DNA from: Pseudomonadota bacterium
GTDB lineage: Bacteria; Bdellovibrionota; FAC87; UBA2466
NCBI GenBank assembly: GCA_043718025.1
Contig: JAYSWN010000158.1
Location: forward strand, 1 to 53,715
Direction: 5' to 3'
Length of the DNA: 53,715 bases
The notes under the pieces were generated by a model. The model ran no database searches, had not been told where the DNA came from, and saw only the letters and a list, made by a program, of their open reading frames with translations. Of the stretch, positions 18,539 to 27,828 are shown piece after piece (the first letter of the stretch is position 1; each line of letters begins with the position of its first letter). The translations under genes and the position numbers were made by a program.

Positions 18539-19821
18539 TGGAAACACCCGGCACACCTCAGCCCTCACTATTTGCCTCGCTACCGCAGTCTGATGACTGG
18601 CGTTCGCAAGTGCCCACGGTTTCTCAGCTTACGCGCCGAATTCGTGGCCATTTGGAAAGCGGGTTTACCGAGGTTTGGGTAAAGGGAGAAGTCAGCAATT
18701 TCAAAAAGCCGGTTTCGGGTCATGCCTACCTCATTTTAAAAGACGCCACGGCCCAAATGCGCACCGTACTTTTTCGTCCGGTGATGAATAAGTTGAAATT
18801 TGCGCTTACCGACGGCATGGAAGTTCTGGTGCGCGGTCGCCTTTCAGTTTACGAAGCGCGCGGGGAATACCAGCTGGTGGGAGACTTGGTCGAACCGGTG
18901 GGCCAGGGGGCTTTGCAGTTAGCTTTTGAGCAATTAAAAGCACGCTTACAGGCCGAGGGGCTGTTTGATTCCGCCAAAAAAAAACCGCTGCCGGCGTTGC
19001 CTCGGCGTATTGGTATCATCACCTCAAAAACGGGAGCGGCGGCCAAAGATATTTTAAAAGTATTGCTGCGGCGTTTCCCCAACTTGCACGTGATCTTATT
19101 TCCCGCCAGCGTTCAGGGTGACAAGGCCGTCGCAGAAATTTGCGAAGCCCTTAAACTTGCCGAAAGCTGGAACGCCAAAAAGCCAGAAGCTCCGATTGAA
19201 GTGCTTATCGTGGGCCGCGGCGGCGGATCGATCGAAGATCTTTGGTGTTTCAACGAAGAGGCCGTGGCGCGCGCGATCTTTGCGTGCCCCATTCCCACCA
19301 TTTCTGCGGTCGGCCACGAGATCGATGTCACCATCGCCGACTTTGTTGCCGATTTTCGAGCTCCCACCCCTTCGGCGGCGGCCGAAATTGTGGTGCCACG
19401 TAAACAAGATTTGCAAGAGAGTATGCGAATTCTCGACGGCCGCCTGGCGAACGCCCTCGCCCGAAAAATCGATCAATGGCGATTGCATCTCACCCATCTT
19501 TCTAATCGGTTGGTGGATCCGCGTGAAAAAATTCGTCAGATCCGCCGTGACGTAATCAGTATTCAAAACCGGCTTGCTCTCGCCATGAATCATTTGGTGC
19601 AACGCGATCGCAAGCGTTGGGAACGCAGCAGCCAATTGTTAAATGCACTTTCGCCATTGGCCGTGCTGGGAAGAGGGTTTTCGCTTACCCAAAAAGCTTC
19701 CGGCGACTTTGTGCGTCACGCTTCTGAGCTCAAAAAGGGGGACGCCATCACGACGCGTCTGGCCAAAGGTTGCGTAGAATCGACGGTCTGTTCCGTTTCT
19801 GCTCAAGAAACGGTAAAATAG
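18538..19821 (+). CDS. xseA: Exodeoxyribonuclease VII large subunit
   Basis: VWVKGEVSNF..P.SGHAY, RGGGSIEDLWCFNEE, SAVGHEID, RAPTPSAAAE and SPLAVLGRGFS. TAATG coupling to hemJ. Confidence 0.96.
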   Translation: METPGTPQPSLFASLPQSDDWRSQVPTVSQLTRRIRGHLESGFTEVWVKGEVSNFKKPVSGHAYLILKDATAQMRTVLFRPVMNKLKFALTDGMEVLVRGRLSVYEARGEYQLVGDLVEPVGQGALQLAFEQLKARLQAEGLFDSAKKKPLPALPRRIGIITSKTGAAAKDILKVLLRRFPNLHVILFPASVQGDKAVAEICEALKLAESWNAKKPEAPIEVLIVGRGGGSIEDLWCFNEEAVARAIFACPIPTISAVGHEIDVTIADFVADFRAPTPSAAAEIVVPRKQDLQESMRILDGRLANALARKIDQWRLHLTHLSNRLVDPREKIRQIRRDVISIQNRLALAMNHLVQRDRKRWERSSQLLNALSPLAVLGRGFSLTQKASGDFVRHASELKKGDAITTRLAKGCVESTVCSVSAQETVK

Positions 19822-19868
19822 TAACTTAAAGATCCTCCCTCATTTCTACGCAAATTCGAGAAAACCAA

Positions 19869-20606
19869 ATGCTGAGCAATGCAATTCCCGATAGCCATTT
19901 TGCGTCTTTGTCTGCGTTGGAAACCGGTTACTGGTGGTATATGGCGCGCGTAGCGTGGGCCAAACGTTTGGTGGGAGATTGGCACGGGCGACAAAAAAGT
20001 CGCCCGCAAGTTTACGCCGACTTAGGCTGTGGCACCGGTGGTTTTGCCAAAGCGTTGAGCCAATCGTTTCGTTTCACCGACGTACTATTGGTCGATGCCG
20101 ACCCCAACGCCCTAAAACGAATTCATTTTCCTAACGCTACCGTAATTGCCGCCGAGTTGGATAGCCGGCTTTCGCTACCCAAAACTCCGTCACTCATCTC
20201 GTTGATGGATGTCATTGAACACGTTGACGATGATTACGAACTTGTCGCGCGCGCGGCCGCGCTGCTCGCGCCCGGAGGTATGCTTTTGCTCAGCGTGCCG
20301 GCCCACCAAATTTTATTTTCTGAATGGGATGCCCACCTGGGCCATCGCCGTCGCTACGGTCGAGAACAACTGCATCAAGTGGTAGCCATGTCCGGGCTTA
20401 AAATCACCTGCTTGCGCCCGATGTGGTCTTTTCTGATGCCCGCTGGTTTGTTGCGTAAATATAAATCGCAATCAAAAGAGAACCTAGAATTTCCTCCCGT
20501 CGGTGCTTGGCTAAACCAGACGCTCTTAAAACTTTCTGATTGGGAGTGGCGCCTACCCGCCCTCCCCTTTGGAACTTCATGGATACTCGCCGCGGAAAAA
20601 ATATGA
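19869..20606 (+). CDS. Class I SAM-dependent methyltransferase
   Basis: DLGCGTG, MDVIEHV, SVPAH…D..LGHRRRY. This type is typically found next to GT2 genes. Confidence 0.85.
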   Translation: MLSNAIPDSHFASLSALETGYWWYMARVAWAKRLVGDWHGRQKSRPQVYADLGCGTGGFAKALSQSFRFTDVLLVDADPNALKRIHFPNATVIAAELDSRLSLPKTPSLISLMDVIEHVDDDYELVARAAALLAPGGMLLLSVPAHQILFSEWDAHLGHRRRYGREQLHQVVAMSGLKITCLRPMWSFLMPAGLLRKYKSQSKENLEFPPVGAWLNQTLLKLSDWEWRLPALPFGTSWILAAEKI

Positions 20607-21562
20607 CAAAAACCATTCGTCCTCAGTTAGAAATCATTCTGCCGGTCTTCAACGAACAAGAGGTGATCCCATCCCTCGTGAACGAGCTTGATCAGGTGCT
20701 GGAGCCGCTCCGCAAACATTTTTCTATCAATTTTTTGTTTGTTAACGACGGTTCCACTGATCAGACATTCGGAATTTTGATGGAGTTGGCGGATCGCCGC
20801 ACTGACATTCGAGTGGTAAATTTATTGCACAACTTTGGCCATTCCGCGGCGGTACAAGCGGGTCTCGACCATTTCGAAGGTAACCTCTGCATTTTAATGG
20901 ACGCCGATATGCAGGACAGCCCAAACGTAATTCCGGAAATGGTGGATAAGTGGAAACGCGGCGCTAAAACCGTTGTGGTTGAACGCGGAGAACGAAGCGA
21001 GAACAACCGTTGGGCCTTCCGCCTTTTCTACAAACTTTACCATCGCCTCGCCCGGCAGATGCCATCCCTAGATTTTGGAACCTTTAGTTTGTTGGACGCC
21101 TCTACCGTAGAAAGACTAAAGAAATTGAGTGAACAGAGCCGTTATTTTCCTGGCTTAGTGGCTTACGCCTCGGGACCTCTCGCTTCGGTGAAAGCCGCGC
21201 GTCGTCCTCGCGGCGCCGGCAATTCGCGGGTCGGAATGGGAGGGTTGGTCAGCCTAGCCATCACCGCCTGTCTGAGCTTTTCCCATCTGCCCATTCGCAT
21301 GGTGTCGTTGCTTGGCATCATAAGCTCATTCGTCGCGCTCGCGTTTGGCTGCGGCATCATCGCAGTTAAGATCTTCACCGTGCGCGCCATTCCCGGCTGG
21401 GCGTCGATCATGACCGCTACCGCCATGGGTAGCGGCATTCAGTTACTCTGCATTGGCCTAATGGGCGAGTATCTTTCCCGCATCTACCAAGAAGTAAAAT
21501 CCCGCCCTCTCTATTTTGTTGGCGAAGTGATTGAAAAAGGCGCTAAACGCAAGGCGGCCTAA
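20603..21562 (+). CDS. Polyprenol-phosphate glycosyltransferase (GT2, GtrB/ArnC/DPM1-like)
   Basis: ILPVFNE, VNDGSTD, NFGH, MDADMQD, two C-terminal TMs and GEYLSRIY.EVK.RPLY. ATGA overlap with the methyltransferase. Confidence 0.9.
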   Translation: MTKTIRPQLEIILPVFNEQEVIPSLVNELDQVLEPLRKHFSINFLFVNDGSTDQTFGILMELADRRTDIRVVNLLHNFGHSAAVQAGLDHFEGNLCILMDADMQDSPNVIPEMVDKWKRGAKTVVVERGERSENNRWAFRLFYKLYHRLARQMPSLDFGTFSLLDASTVERLKKLSEQSRYFPGLVAYASGPLASVKAARRPRGAGNSRVGMGGLVSLAITACLSFSHLPIRMVSLLGIISSFVALAFGCGIIAVKIFTVRAIPGWASIMTATAMGSGIQLLCIGLMGEYLSRIYQEVKSRPLYFVGEVIEKGAKRKAA

Positions 21563-21574
21563 CGGAATAAAAAC

Positions 21575-21650
21575 TGGAGCCGACAACCGGACTTGAACCG
21601 GTGACCTATTCATTACGAATGAATTGCTCTACCAACTGAGCTATGTCGGC
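21575..21650 (-). tRNA. tRNA-Thr(CGT)
   Basis: Minus strand GCCGACATAGCTCAGTTGGTAGAGC-AATTCA-TTCGTAA-TGAAT-AGGTCACCGGTTCAAGTCCGGTTGTCGGCTCCA. 76 nt, cloverleaf, anticodon CGT, encoded CCA. Confidence 0.96.
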
Positions 21651-21726
21651 CCAACTAGGGGCAAAGCGACGGGAGCAGAAAAATTACCCACCCCTGGCCA
21701 GGTTGGCAATCCTCCCGTGGCAACTC

Positions 21727-21758
21727 AAAAAAAAAGACCCGGTTTCCCGAGCCTTTTT
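21727..21758 (-). terminator. Rho-independent terminator of rpmB-rplX
   Basis: Minus strand AGGCTCGG-GAAA-CCGGGTCT followed by a T-tract. Confidence 0.8.
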
Positions 21759-21788
21759 AAAAAACTACTTAATCAAACCAAAGAGGTT

Positions 21789-22112
21789 TTAGATTGCAAC
21801 TCCAGAGCGTTTTCCAAAACGCTCTTTTTTTGGTTTGCCACCCTCTTTAGAAATCATTCGGTAACCAACGCGAGTCGGTTTTCCCGTTTTCTCATCCGTA
21901 AGATTTACATTCGAGTAATGGATAGAGCCTTCTTTTGAAACAATCCCACCAGGATTATTCGGCTTAGCCTTCATGTGATGCTTACGCATGTTCACACCTT
22001 CGATGGTGACACGCATCTTCTTCATGTTTACCGAAAGGATCTTGCCCGACTTACCCTTTTGGGAGCCAGAGATGACAGTTACCTTGTCGCCCTTTTTAAT
22101 TTTCAAGTTCAT
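21789..22112 (-). CDS. rplX: 50S ribosomal protein L24
   Basis: KOW motif KIKKGDKVTVISG..KGKSGKI, IEGVN..K.H.K, GGIV.KEG.IHYSNV and KPTRVGY. Confidence 0.95.
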   Translation of the reverse strand: MNLKIKKGDKVTVISGSQKGKSGKILSVNMKKMRVTIEGVNMRKHHMKAKPNNPGGIVSKEGSIHYSNVNLTDEKTGKPTRVGYRMISKEGGKPKKERFGKRSGVAI

Positions 22113-22437
22113 TAGATGTTTCCTTAATACGAACCGCGGCCGCTTTAATAGCAGACATGCGATTCTTCTTCACCAAATCCCGTTTCACTCGCAACAAGCG
22201 CTCAGAAAGATGCGCCTCTTTCTCTTGAAGAATCGCGCGAGCAATGCCGCCTCGAGCATCAATGATCTTCAACGCTGCGGCTGAAAGGGTTAGGGTATGA
22301 GTCTGATCCAACTCTTGGATTTTCCACTTTTTCTTCATCAAGTTCGGGTATTTGAACCGGCGGGTCTTGATGTTCGAATGACTCACCTTGTTTGCCTTAA
22401 ATCTCTTTTTTCCGGTTAACTCACAAACCAGGGACAT
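22096..22437 (-). CDS. rpmB: 50S ribosomal protein L28 (long form)
   Basis: MSLVCELTGK…NKVSHSNIKTRR…PNL. ATG at 22437 follows GGAGAG. C-terminal extension overlaps rplX by 17 nt. Confidence 0.9.
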   Translation of the reverse strand: MSLVCELTGKKRFKANKVSHSNIKTRRFKYPNLMKKKWKIQELDQTHTLTLSAAALKIIDARGGIARAILQEKEAHLSERLLRVKRDLVKKNRMSAIKAAAVRIKETSNELEN

Positions 22438-22672
22438 AAACTTAACTCTCCGAGGGCCAGGGGTTGCCACTACCAGGGTGGGCACCCACGCCAACCTAAA
22501 ATAAAGGTAAGGAATTAATGCATTTGGACAATATTGGCAATCCATTTGCTTAACCCGCCGATATTGCGGCTAAAAACGTAGCGCCCAAAAGAGCTAAAAG
22601 CGGCCCCCAGCAAACCTCTCCAGGGTATTAGATTGCCTCACCCCTTTTCGAAATCTAGCCGAAAAGATCGAT

Positions 22673-23554
22673 ATGGCGAAAGGGCTCTTCCTATTGATTC
22701 TATTGCTAGTTTGCCTCCCCGCCGGCGCGGCTAAGGTGGTTAAAGTGAATTCGGGCGGCCTATTTCACCTCATCGTGGACAACAGCCAAAAGCCACCTTT
22801 CGAAATGAACCACGAAGTGTGCGTAAAGTTTGCCGAGAGGCGGGGCCTCTGCGGATTGGTGTTCGCCCTCAAAGGAAAATACGCAGCCGTCCGTTTTCGA
22901 CCCGGCTTTGGCCGCTTGACGAAAAAACTGGCCCTTCCCCTTGAAGCCGCTCGGCCCGAGGTAATGGCGGCCAATAAAGTAGCCCTCATCCGAGCTTGGC
23001 AACGGTCTCCTGGCCGAGGCATCAGCGGCTTCAACGATCCCATCACCCAGTTTGAAGGCAATCCGGCGTGGGAGCAGCGCCAAAAGGTCGGCTGGCCCCG
23101 AGCTGTAGACGACGGCTTTCACCCCAGCAACAGCATCACTTTCGGCATCAACTACATTTCACCCTTTATGCGCTACGAAGTCGCCACCAGTCGCCATTGG
23201 TCGTTTGGATTAAAGATGCAGTACGAGATTCTGGGAATTCCCGGCGGTCAGCTATCGGGCTACGGCGGCGTTTTCAACGCCAATTACTATAGTCTCCGCG
23301 AGTTCAAAGGGCTGTGGATTCAATTCGGAGCAGGATTTTACTCCTTACAAACCAAGGTAGGCGACAGCACCGGTAATTTTTCTACTCCGGCGATTGGCTT
23401 CATGGCCGGTTGGCGATGGAGCTGGAAAAGTAACTTCAGCGTCGGCTTTGGCTTTGGCTCTGAGTTTTTATTTAAGACCGAACCGGCCGGCTTTGCTCCC
23501 GCCTTTTCGGGAGCCCTACCCGTAGTCATGCTCGATTTTGGAATTGTATTTTGA
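22673..23554 (+). CDS. Putative outer-membrane beta-barrel protein with N-terminal extra domain (DUF3575-like)
   Basis: Signal peptide, alternating Gly/aromatic beta-strands and a C-terminal BAM-type ending (…LDFGIVF). Confidence 0.65.
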   Translation: MAKGLFLLILLLVCLPAGAAKVVKVNSGGLFHLIVDNSQKPPFEMNHEVCVKFAERRGLCGLVFALKGKYAAVRFRPGFGRLTKKLALPLEAARPEVMAANKVALIRAWQRSPGRGISGFNDPITQFEGNPAWEQRQKVGWPRAVDDGFHPSNSITFGINYISPFMRYEVATSRHWSFGLKMQYEILGIPGGQLSGYGGVFNANYYSLREFKGLWIQFGAGFYSLQTKVGDSTGNFSTPAIGFMAGWRWSWKSNFSVGFGFGSEFLFKTEPAGFAPAFSGALPVVMLDFGIVF

Positions 23555-23581
23555 TTTAGGGGTTTGAGAAGAAGCAAAGAG

Positions 23582-24763
23582 CTAGGCGGCCATTTTGAAA
23601 TAGCTGTCGGCTTGACTCTTGGGGATGCCAATCACAAAACGGGTGTTGGCCGAGGTTGAATCAATTTTTAAAGTGCCACGGTGGGTTTCAAGAATTGATT
23701 TGGAGATGCTCAAGCCAAGTCCCGTGCCTTTGCCCACCGGCTTGGTGGTGTAAAACTGCTGGAACATCTTTTTGGCCACCTCTTCCGGAATTCCTTTTCC
23801 ACTATCGGTGATCCAAATTTCAATGGCGTGGCCTAAGTCATGAACTTCCAGCTTTACCCAACGTTCCTTGTATTCAGAGATGGCATCAAAGGCGTTGTTC
23901 AAAAGGTTGGCGAGTACCTGCAGCACTTGAGTGGGGCGGCATTCGACGAGAATGTCTTTGGCCGGACGATTTACTTTTAGGTCGATGCCCTTGTACTTGA
24001 ATCGATCTTGCGAAAGTTCCAAAGCTTCGTTGATCAAAAACGTAACGCCCACTTTCTCGTAGGGGTCTTGATCGCCTTTTCGCGCGAAGGCTTGCAGCCC
24101 TTTTACGATGGCTTGAATGCGGCCAACATTCTTTTCAATATTGTCTGCATTTTCCGTCACCTTCTGCACGATGGCCGGATCGGCAAGGCCTAATTTTAGG
24201 GCATTCTTTACCTGACCAGCGCGAAAATTAATTACGTTTAGGGGGTTATTAATCTCATGCGCAATGCCGCTGGCCATTTCACCCAAGGCCGACATTTTTC
24301 CGGCCATGGCGATCTGCTCTTGCTGATCACGCAGCTTAGCCTCAGCTTCTATCTTCTCGCTAATGTCTTCGATAATTCCCATGGTGATTTCGGGCTTACC
24401 CGCTTTGTCACGCAAGATGGAAACGGTGAGGCGAGTCCACAGAATATCGCTGTTCTTGCGGATATAGCGCCGCTCCATGTGATACACGTCGCGCTCCCCG
24501 GCCAGAAGCTGCCGGTGCAATTCCAAGTTCAAGGGGGAGTCTTCCGGGTACAAAATGCCGGCGAAGGTCTTTCCGATGAGCTCAGATTTTTCGTAGCCCA
24601 AGAGTTTTTCGAACGCAGGATTTACGTCGACAATGCGGCGCTCGAGATCCACGAGCGAAATTCCCATGCCCGATTCAAAAAATAGCACGCGGAATGGGCC
24701 TTCAAAATTCCCCATCCAACTTGCGCTCTGATTTTTTGGTTTTGTCTCAGGCAAAGGAGTCAC
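23582..24763 (-). CDS. Cytoplasmic PAS-domain sensor histidine kinase (orphan)
   Basis: PAS/PAC (VNPAFEKLLGY), H-box GIAHEINNPL, N-box NLLNNA, DSGKG, FYTTK and GTGLGL. Confidence 0.93.
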   Translation of the reverse strand: MTPLPETKPKNQSASWMGNFEGPFRVLFFESGMGISLVDLERRIVDVNPAFEKLLGYEKSELIGKTFAGILYPEDSPLNLELHRQLLAGERDVYHMERRYIRKNSDILWTRLTVSILRDKAGKPEITMGIIEDISEKIEAEAKLRDQQEQIAMAGKMSALGEMASGIAHEINNPLNVINFRAGQVKNALKLGLADPAIVQKVTENADNIEKNVGRIQAIVKGLQAFARKGDQDPYEKVGVTFLINEALELSQDRFKYKGIDLKVNRPAKDILVECRPTQVLQVLANLLNNAFDAISEYKERWVKLEVHDLGHAIEIWITDSGKGIPEEVAKKMFQQFYTTKPVGKGTGLGLSISKSILETHRGTLKIDSTSANTRFVIGIPKSQADSYFKMAA

Positions 24764-24779
24764 CCCATCTACTCAAGAC

Positions 24780-24807
24780 TTATCGGAAATATGAAGAAAT
24801 GCCCTTA
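24780..24807 (-). promoter_or_regulatory. Candidate sigma-28 promoter for the histidine kinase
   Basis: Minus strand TAAG-N16-TCCGATAA versus consensus TAAA-N15-GCCGATAA, 17 nt upstream of the kinase start. Confidence 0.4.
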
Positions 24808-24866
24808 GTCCCCCATCCACACTGATCGAAGCGAGAAAATGGCCGGCCGAGTCAATGTGTAACCTC

Positions 24867-26027
24867 TTAAAATAGCGCCTTAATTCCCCGCCCACGCCAT
24901 TCATCCAGAGGTTTGTCCCAGGCGTCCTTCGAGTAAAACGGCTTTTGAAACAGCGTTGGCCTGCACCCTCCGTTATTGAAACAAGCCGTCGCTTTGGCGT
25001 AACCCATCTCAATAAGGTTGGCGTTGGTGGTTTTCTTTTCGTAAAGCTCGGCCCATTCTGACTTGGTAATAACCACCTGCTCATCAAAAAACCAACGTTG
25101 GTTCAATAACGTTTCGTTCATGGGAAACGTAAACCAATTAAACAGCGCACGATTTTGCATGCGCGAGTAACTCGCCCTGCCCGTGCCAAATACGTAGGCC
25201 CGTGGCCGAGCCCGCTTTACGTCTTGGGCTGCGCTATTCATCACAAAGCCGCCGCCGTAGGTACGTTGAGCCGGTAGTTTATGGACGCTTACTAACTTAG
25301 TCATATCCGATTCAAGCGGAGGCGCGAAGTACGTTGGCTCCGCAATGGACGCCATAATCGCCATCCGCAAATCTGCCGCGCTGCGGATGAACCGCAAATC
25401 ACAGAGCCTTTCTTGTTCGGGAACCACCGCCAATATTTTGGCCATCGATTCATTAACAAAGTAGGTGCATGCTTTACCGAGTACGGCCCCATTTTTCGAA
25501 AGCTCGTAGTTGTCACGATTAAACTTGCGATCGCGACGTCCGGAAAAAGGTTTGTTATTTCGACCTTCGAGCACGTCGAGGTTTCCCGCGGCAATGAGCA
25601 AGGGAAGTTTCGGTACGCAGGTTTGATTCAAAGTGGCCAAGTTAATGATGGGGTCCACCGCATCGAAAGAAATTTCCGCCGGCACACCCAAAATGAGTTT
25701 AATCGCGCGGCCGGTGACGTTTTCATCGAGTACGTCTTTCGGAAATCTTTTCGACTGCACTTGCAAATCATCGATGGCGGCTTGGTTTAAACCGCGGCAA
25801 GAGAAATATGCCGAGGCAATTGATCCACTGCTCGACCCCACGAAAAGAATTTCGTTCACCCTATCCATTTTGAGGCGCTCGTACAGCGCCTTCATCACGC
25901 CAGCGTCCCACGACATCGCGGTGCCTTTGCCATCGAAAGAAAGAATTAATGCCTCGGAGGCGCCGGGGTTTGCCTCGACGCCTACGCAAACAAAGGCCGC
26001 GGCAATAAAAAATTGAACGCACTTCAT
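24867..26027 (-). CDS. Secreted patatin-like (phospholipase-fold) protein
   Basis: Signal peptide, Gly-rich loop LSFDGKG, nucleophile elbow GSSSG, ASIAEP..F.P, and YGGG at the DGG position. Confidence 0.7.
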   Translation of the reverse strand: MKCVQFFIAAAFVCVGVEANPGASEALILSFDGKGTAMSWDAGVMKALYERLKMDRVNEILFVGSSSGSIASAYFSCRGLNQAAIDDLQVQSKRFPKDVLDENVTGRAIKLILGVPAEISFDAVDPIINLATLNQTCVPKLPLLIAAGNLDVLEGRNNKPFSGRRDRKFNRDNYELSKNGAVLGKACTYFVNESMAKILAVVPEQERLCDLRFIRSAADLRMAIMASIAEPTYFAPPLESDMTKLVSVHKLPAQRTYGGGFVMNSAAQDVKRARPRAYVFGTGRASYSRMQNRALFNWFTFPMNETLLNQRWFFDEQVVITKSEWAELYEKKTTNANLIEMGYAKATACFNNGGCRPTLFQKPFYSKDAWDKPLDEWRGRGIKALF

Positions 26028-27511
26028 TTTGCGCCTCCAACTTGCTCAAGGGGAGCGAGTCCCACGGTTAGTCGATTATCAAGAGTGGTCATGGCTTTAA
26101 TGGCCATTGGCTTCACTTCCGCAAACAGGCTTTTCGTCGAAATCTTAATCGCCTCCTTGTTAATGAAACGGCTGAAACGGCGAGTGATGTGGCGCCCCAA
26201 CTCGCCCGGCACTATGCTTCCATCGTAAAATGCCACTGGTTGCGGCAAACGATTTAGCAAACTCAGACTTCCGTCGTTACCGCGCACGATCTCGATAGCG
26301 CGCGTGACCTGAATGTTTTGAAGGGTTTTTCCAAGCGATTTAGCTTCGCTCATCCGATAGCTAAACCAGATGATATCCTCGGCAAACCGAATCTTAATCG
26401 GTTTAATCTCATCGAATACGAACTCAACTTCCTTCTCACCTTCACCGACGACGTTCTCAATTGTCTCGTCGTCGGGCTGAACGTACCCCATCATTTCGGC
26501 TGCCTCGACTTCGGTCATAACGGTTCCGCCAATTCGTAATTCGGCAATGCGTTCGATAAATTCTGGATGCATTCGCATCAGAATGGGCTCGGTCAAAGTG
26601 GGATTTAACCCGGGAATTTCGCTGGGAGTCAGGGAGACTGGCTTGTCACCGCGGGTTCCGCGAATCGCCAGCCAATTCTCGTCGCTGCCCAGCCCCAAAC
26701 GACCACCGAGCAGTGAGCCTTGAATAAAGGGCCGATAAAGGAAGGCCTGATACTTCACGTGCAGGGGCAAAAGCGCCTCGTATACCGTTTTATCAAATTG
26801 CTTGTTGAGCGATTCGCTGACTTGCTTAGAGGACTTTTGTTCGGTCGTAATCTTTTGGGCCCTGGCCTCCTTCGCAACTTCTGCTTGCGCCTGTTCGAGG
26901 CGGAGTCCGGGAAAGAGAGCTCTTCCTGGAATTGGTAAGGCGCCTTGCCCCCGAGGGTTTACCCTCTTCCATCCCTGTGGCCCGAGTTCCATTCTGCGGC
27001 CAGGAAGGAGTCCTTGAGCTTGCACTACGGGTGTGGTCATGCCGTCCATAAGGCTGGCGGCATCGGTGGCCGCTTTGAAAAAAGCGAAGCCGTCTTCCCG
27101 CAGCAAAACTCCCTTGGTCGTCTTGGCGGTAGAGGTAACGTGCATTCCAAACTGGGCGCCGATTTCGGGATGGCTCGTCCCCGTTTCTCCCCTTTGTTTC
27201 AGTCCGTCGGTGGTCAGGGTGGAGTCAATTTTGGTAACGGAATTGAGGATCAATTCAAACGCCATCGCCTCTTTCGACCGCACAGGCCCAGCCGTAACCA
27301 CCCCCCGCGTTTCGGTACAACCCTCGACTTTGGCGCGACCAATTTGCTCGCAGATTGGGGCCCGCTCTAATATCGGTTTATTCACCAACTCCGTCAGTAG
27401 CTTTGAGTTAAGTGCGATGAGAAACACCTCTTCGCCATCAACCAACGGCAGCGATTCAGCCCTCGCCAAGCAGGAAATCAATCCAACACCCAGACCCAAC
27501 CAATTTTTCAT
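26024..27511 (-). CDS. Hypothetical exported protein
   Basis: 495-aa ORF with signal peptide (…ARA/ES). ATGA-coupled to the patatin gene. Confidence 0.7.
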   Translation of the reverse strand: MKNWLGLGVGLISCLARAESLPLVDGEEVFLIALNSKLLTELVNKPILERAPICEQIGRAKVEGCTETRGVVTAGPVRSKEAMAFELILNSVTKIDSTLTTDGLKQRGETGTSHPEIGAQFGMHVTSTAKTTKGVLLREDGFAFFKAATDAASLMDGMTTPVVQAQGLLPGRRMELGPQGWKRVNPRGQGALPIPGRALFPGLRLEQAQAEVAKEARAQKITTEQKSSKQVSESLNKQFDKTVYEALLPLHVKYQAFLYRPFIQGSLLGGRLGLGSDENWLAIRGTRGDKPVSLTPSEIPGLNPTLTEPILMRMHPEFIERIAELRIGGTVMTEVEAAEMMGYVQPDDETIENVVGEGEKEVEFVFDEIKPIKIRFAEDIIWFSYRMSEAKSLGKTLQNIQVTRAIEIVRGNDGSLSLLNRLPQPVAFYDGSIVPGELGRHITRRFSRFINKEAIKISTKSLFAEVKPMAIKAMTTLDNRLTVGLAPLEQVGGAK

Positions 27512-27828
27512 TTTAATTTCCGTGTTAAAAAAATGAGCTTTAATTTAAACGGTGATGACATTGAGTGTCATTCATAGCAATTCGAAAACTTACACTTATA
27601 AAAATAATTTCCAAAACTCAGAAAAAAAATGGGCGGATGGGGTCAGTCGCTCGGCCGTTTAGCGATACTAAATTCTCCTCTTTCTTCGAAGGCACATCCG
27701 GTGCCCATTTGGAGCGGCAAACTCGCCCCTCTTATGGCGCTAAAATTGCGGCATAAACGCTTGAAATCTTGTAATTTGACTCGCCGCACCGTAAACTGTC
27801 GGCAATCGATTGGAGCGCCGCAACCGCC

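Noticed and set aside
21624..21938. 104-aa plus-strand ORF
   Set aside because: It is antisense to tRNA-Thr, the terminator and rplX, so it is a shadow ORF.
22438..22545. N-terminal extension of L28 (MDCQYC…)
   Set aside because: L28 homology and a GGAGAG RBS place the start at 22437.
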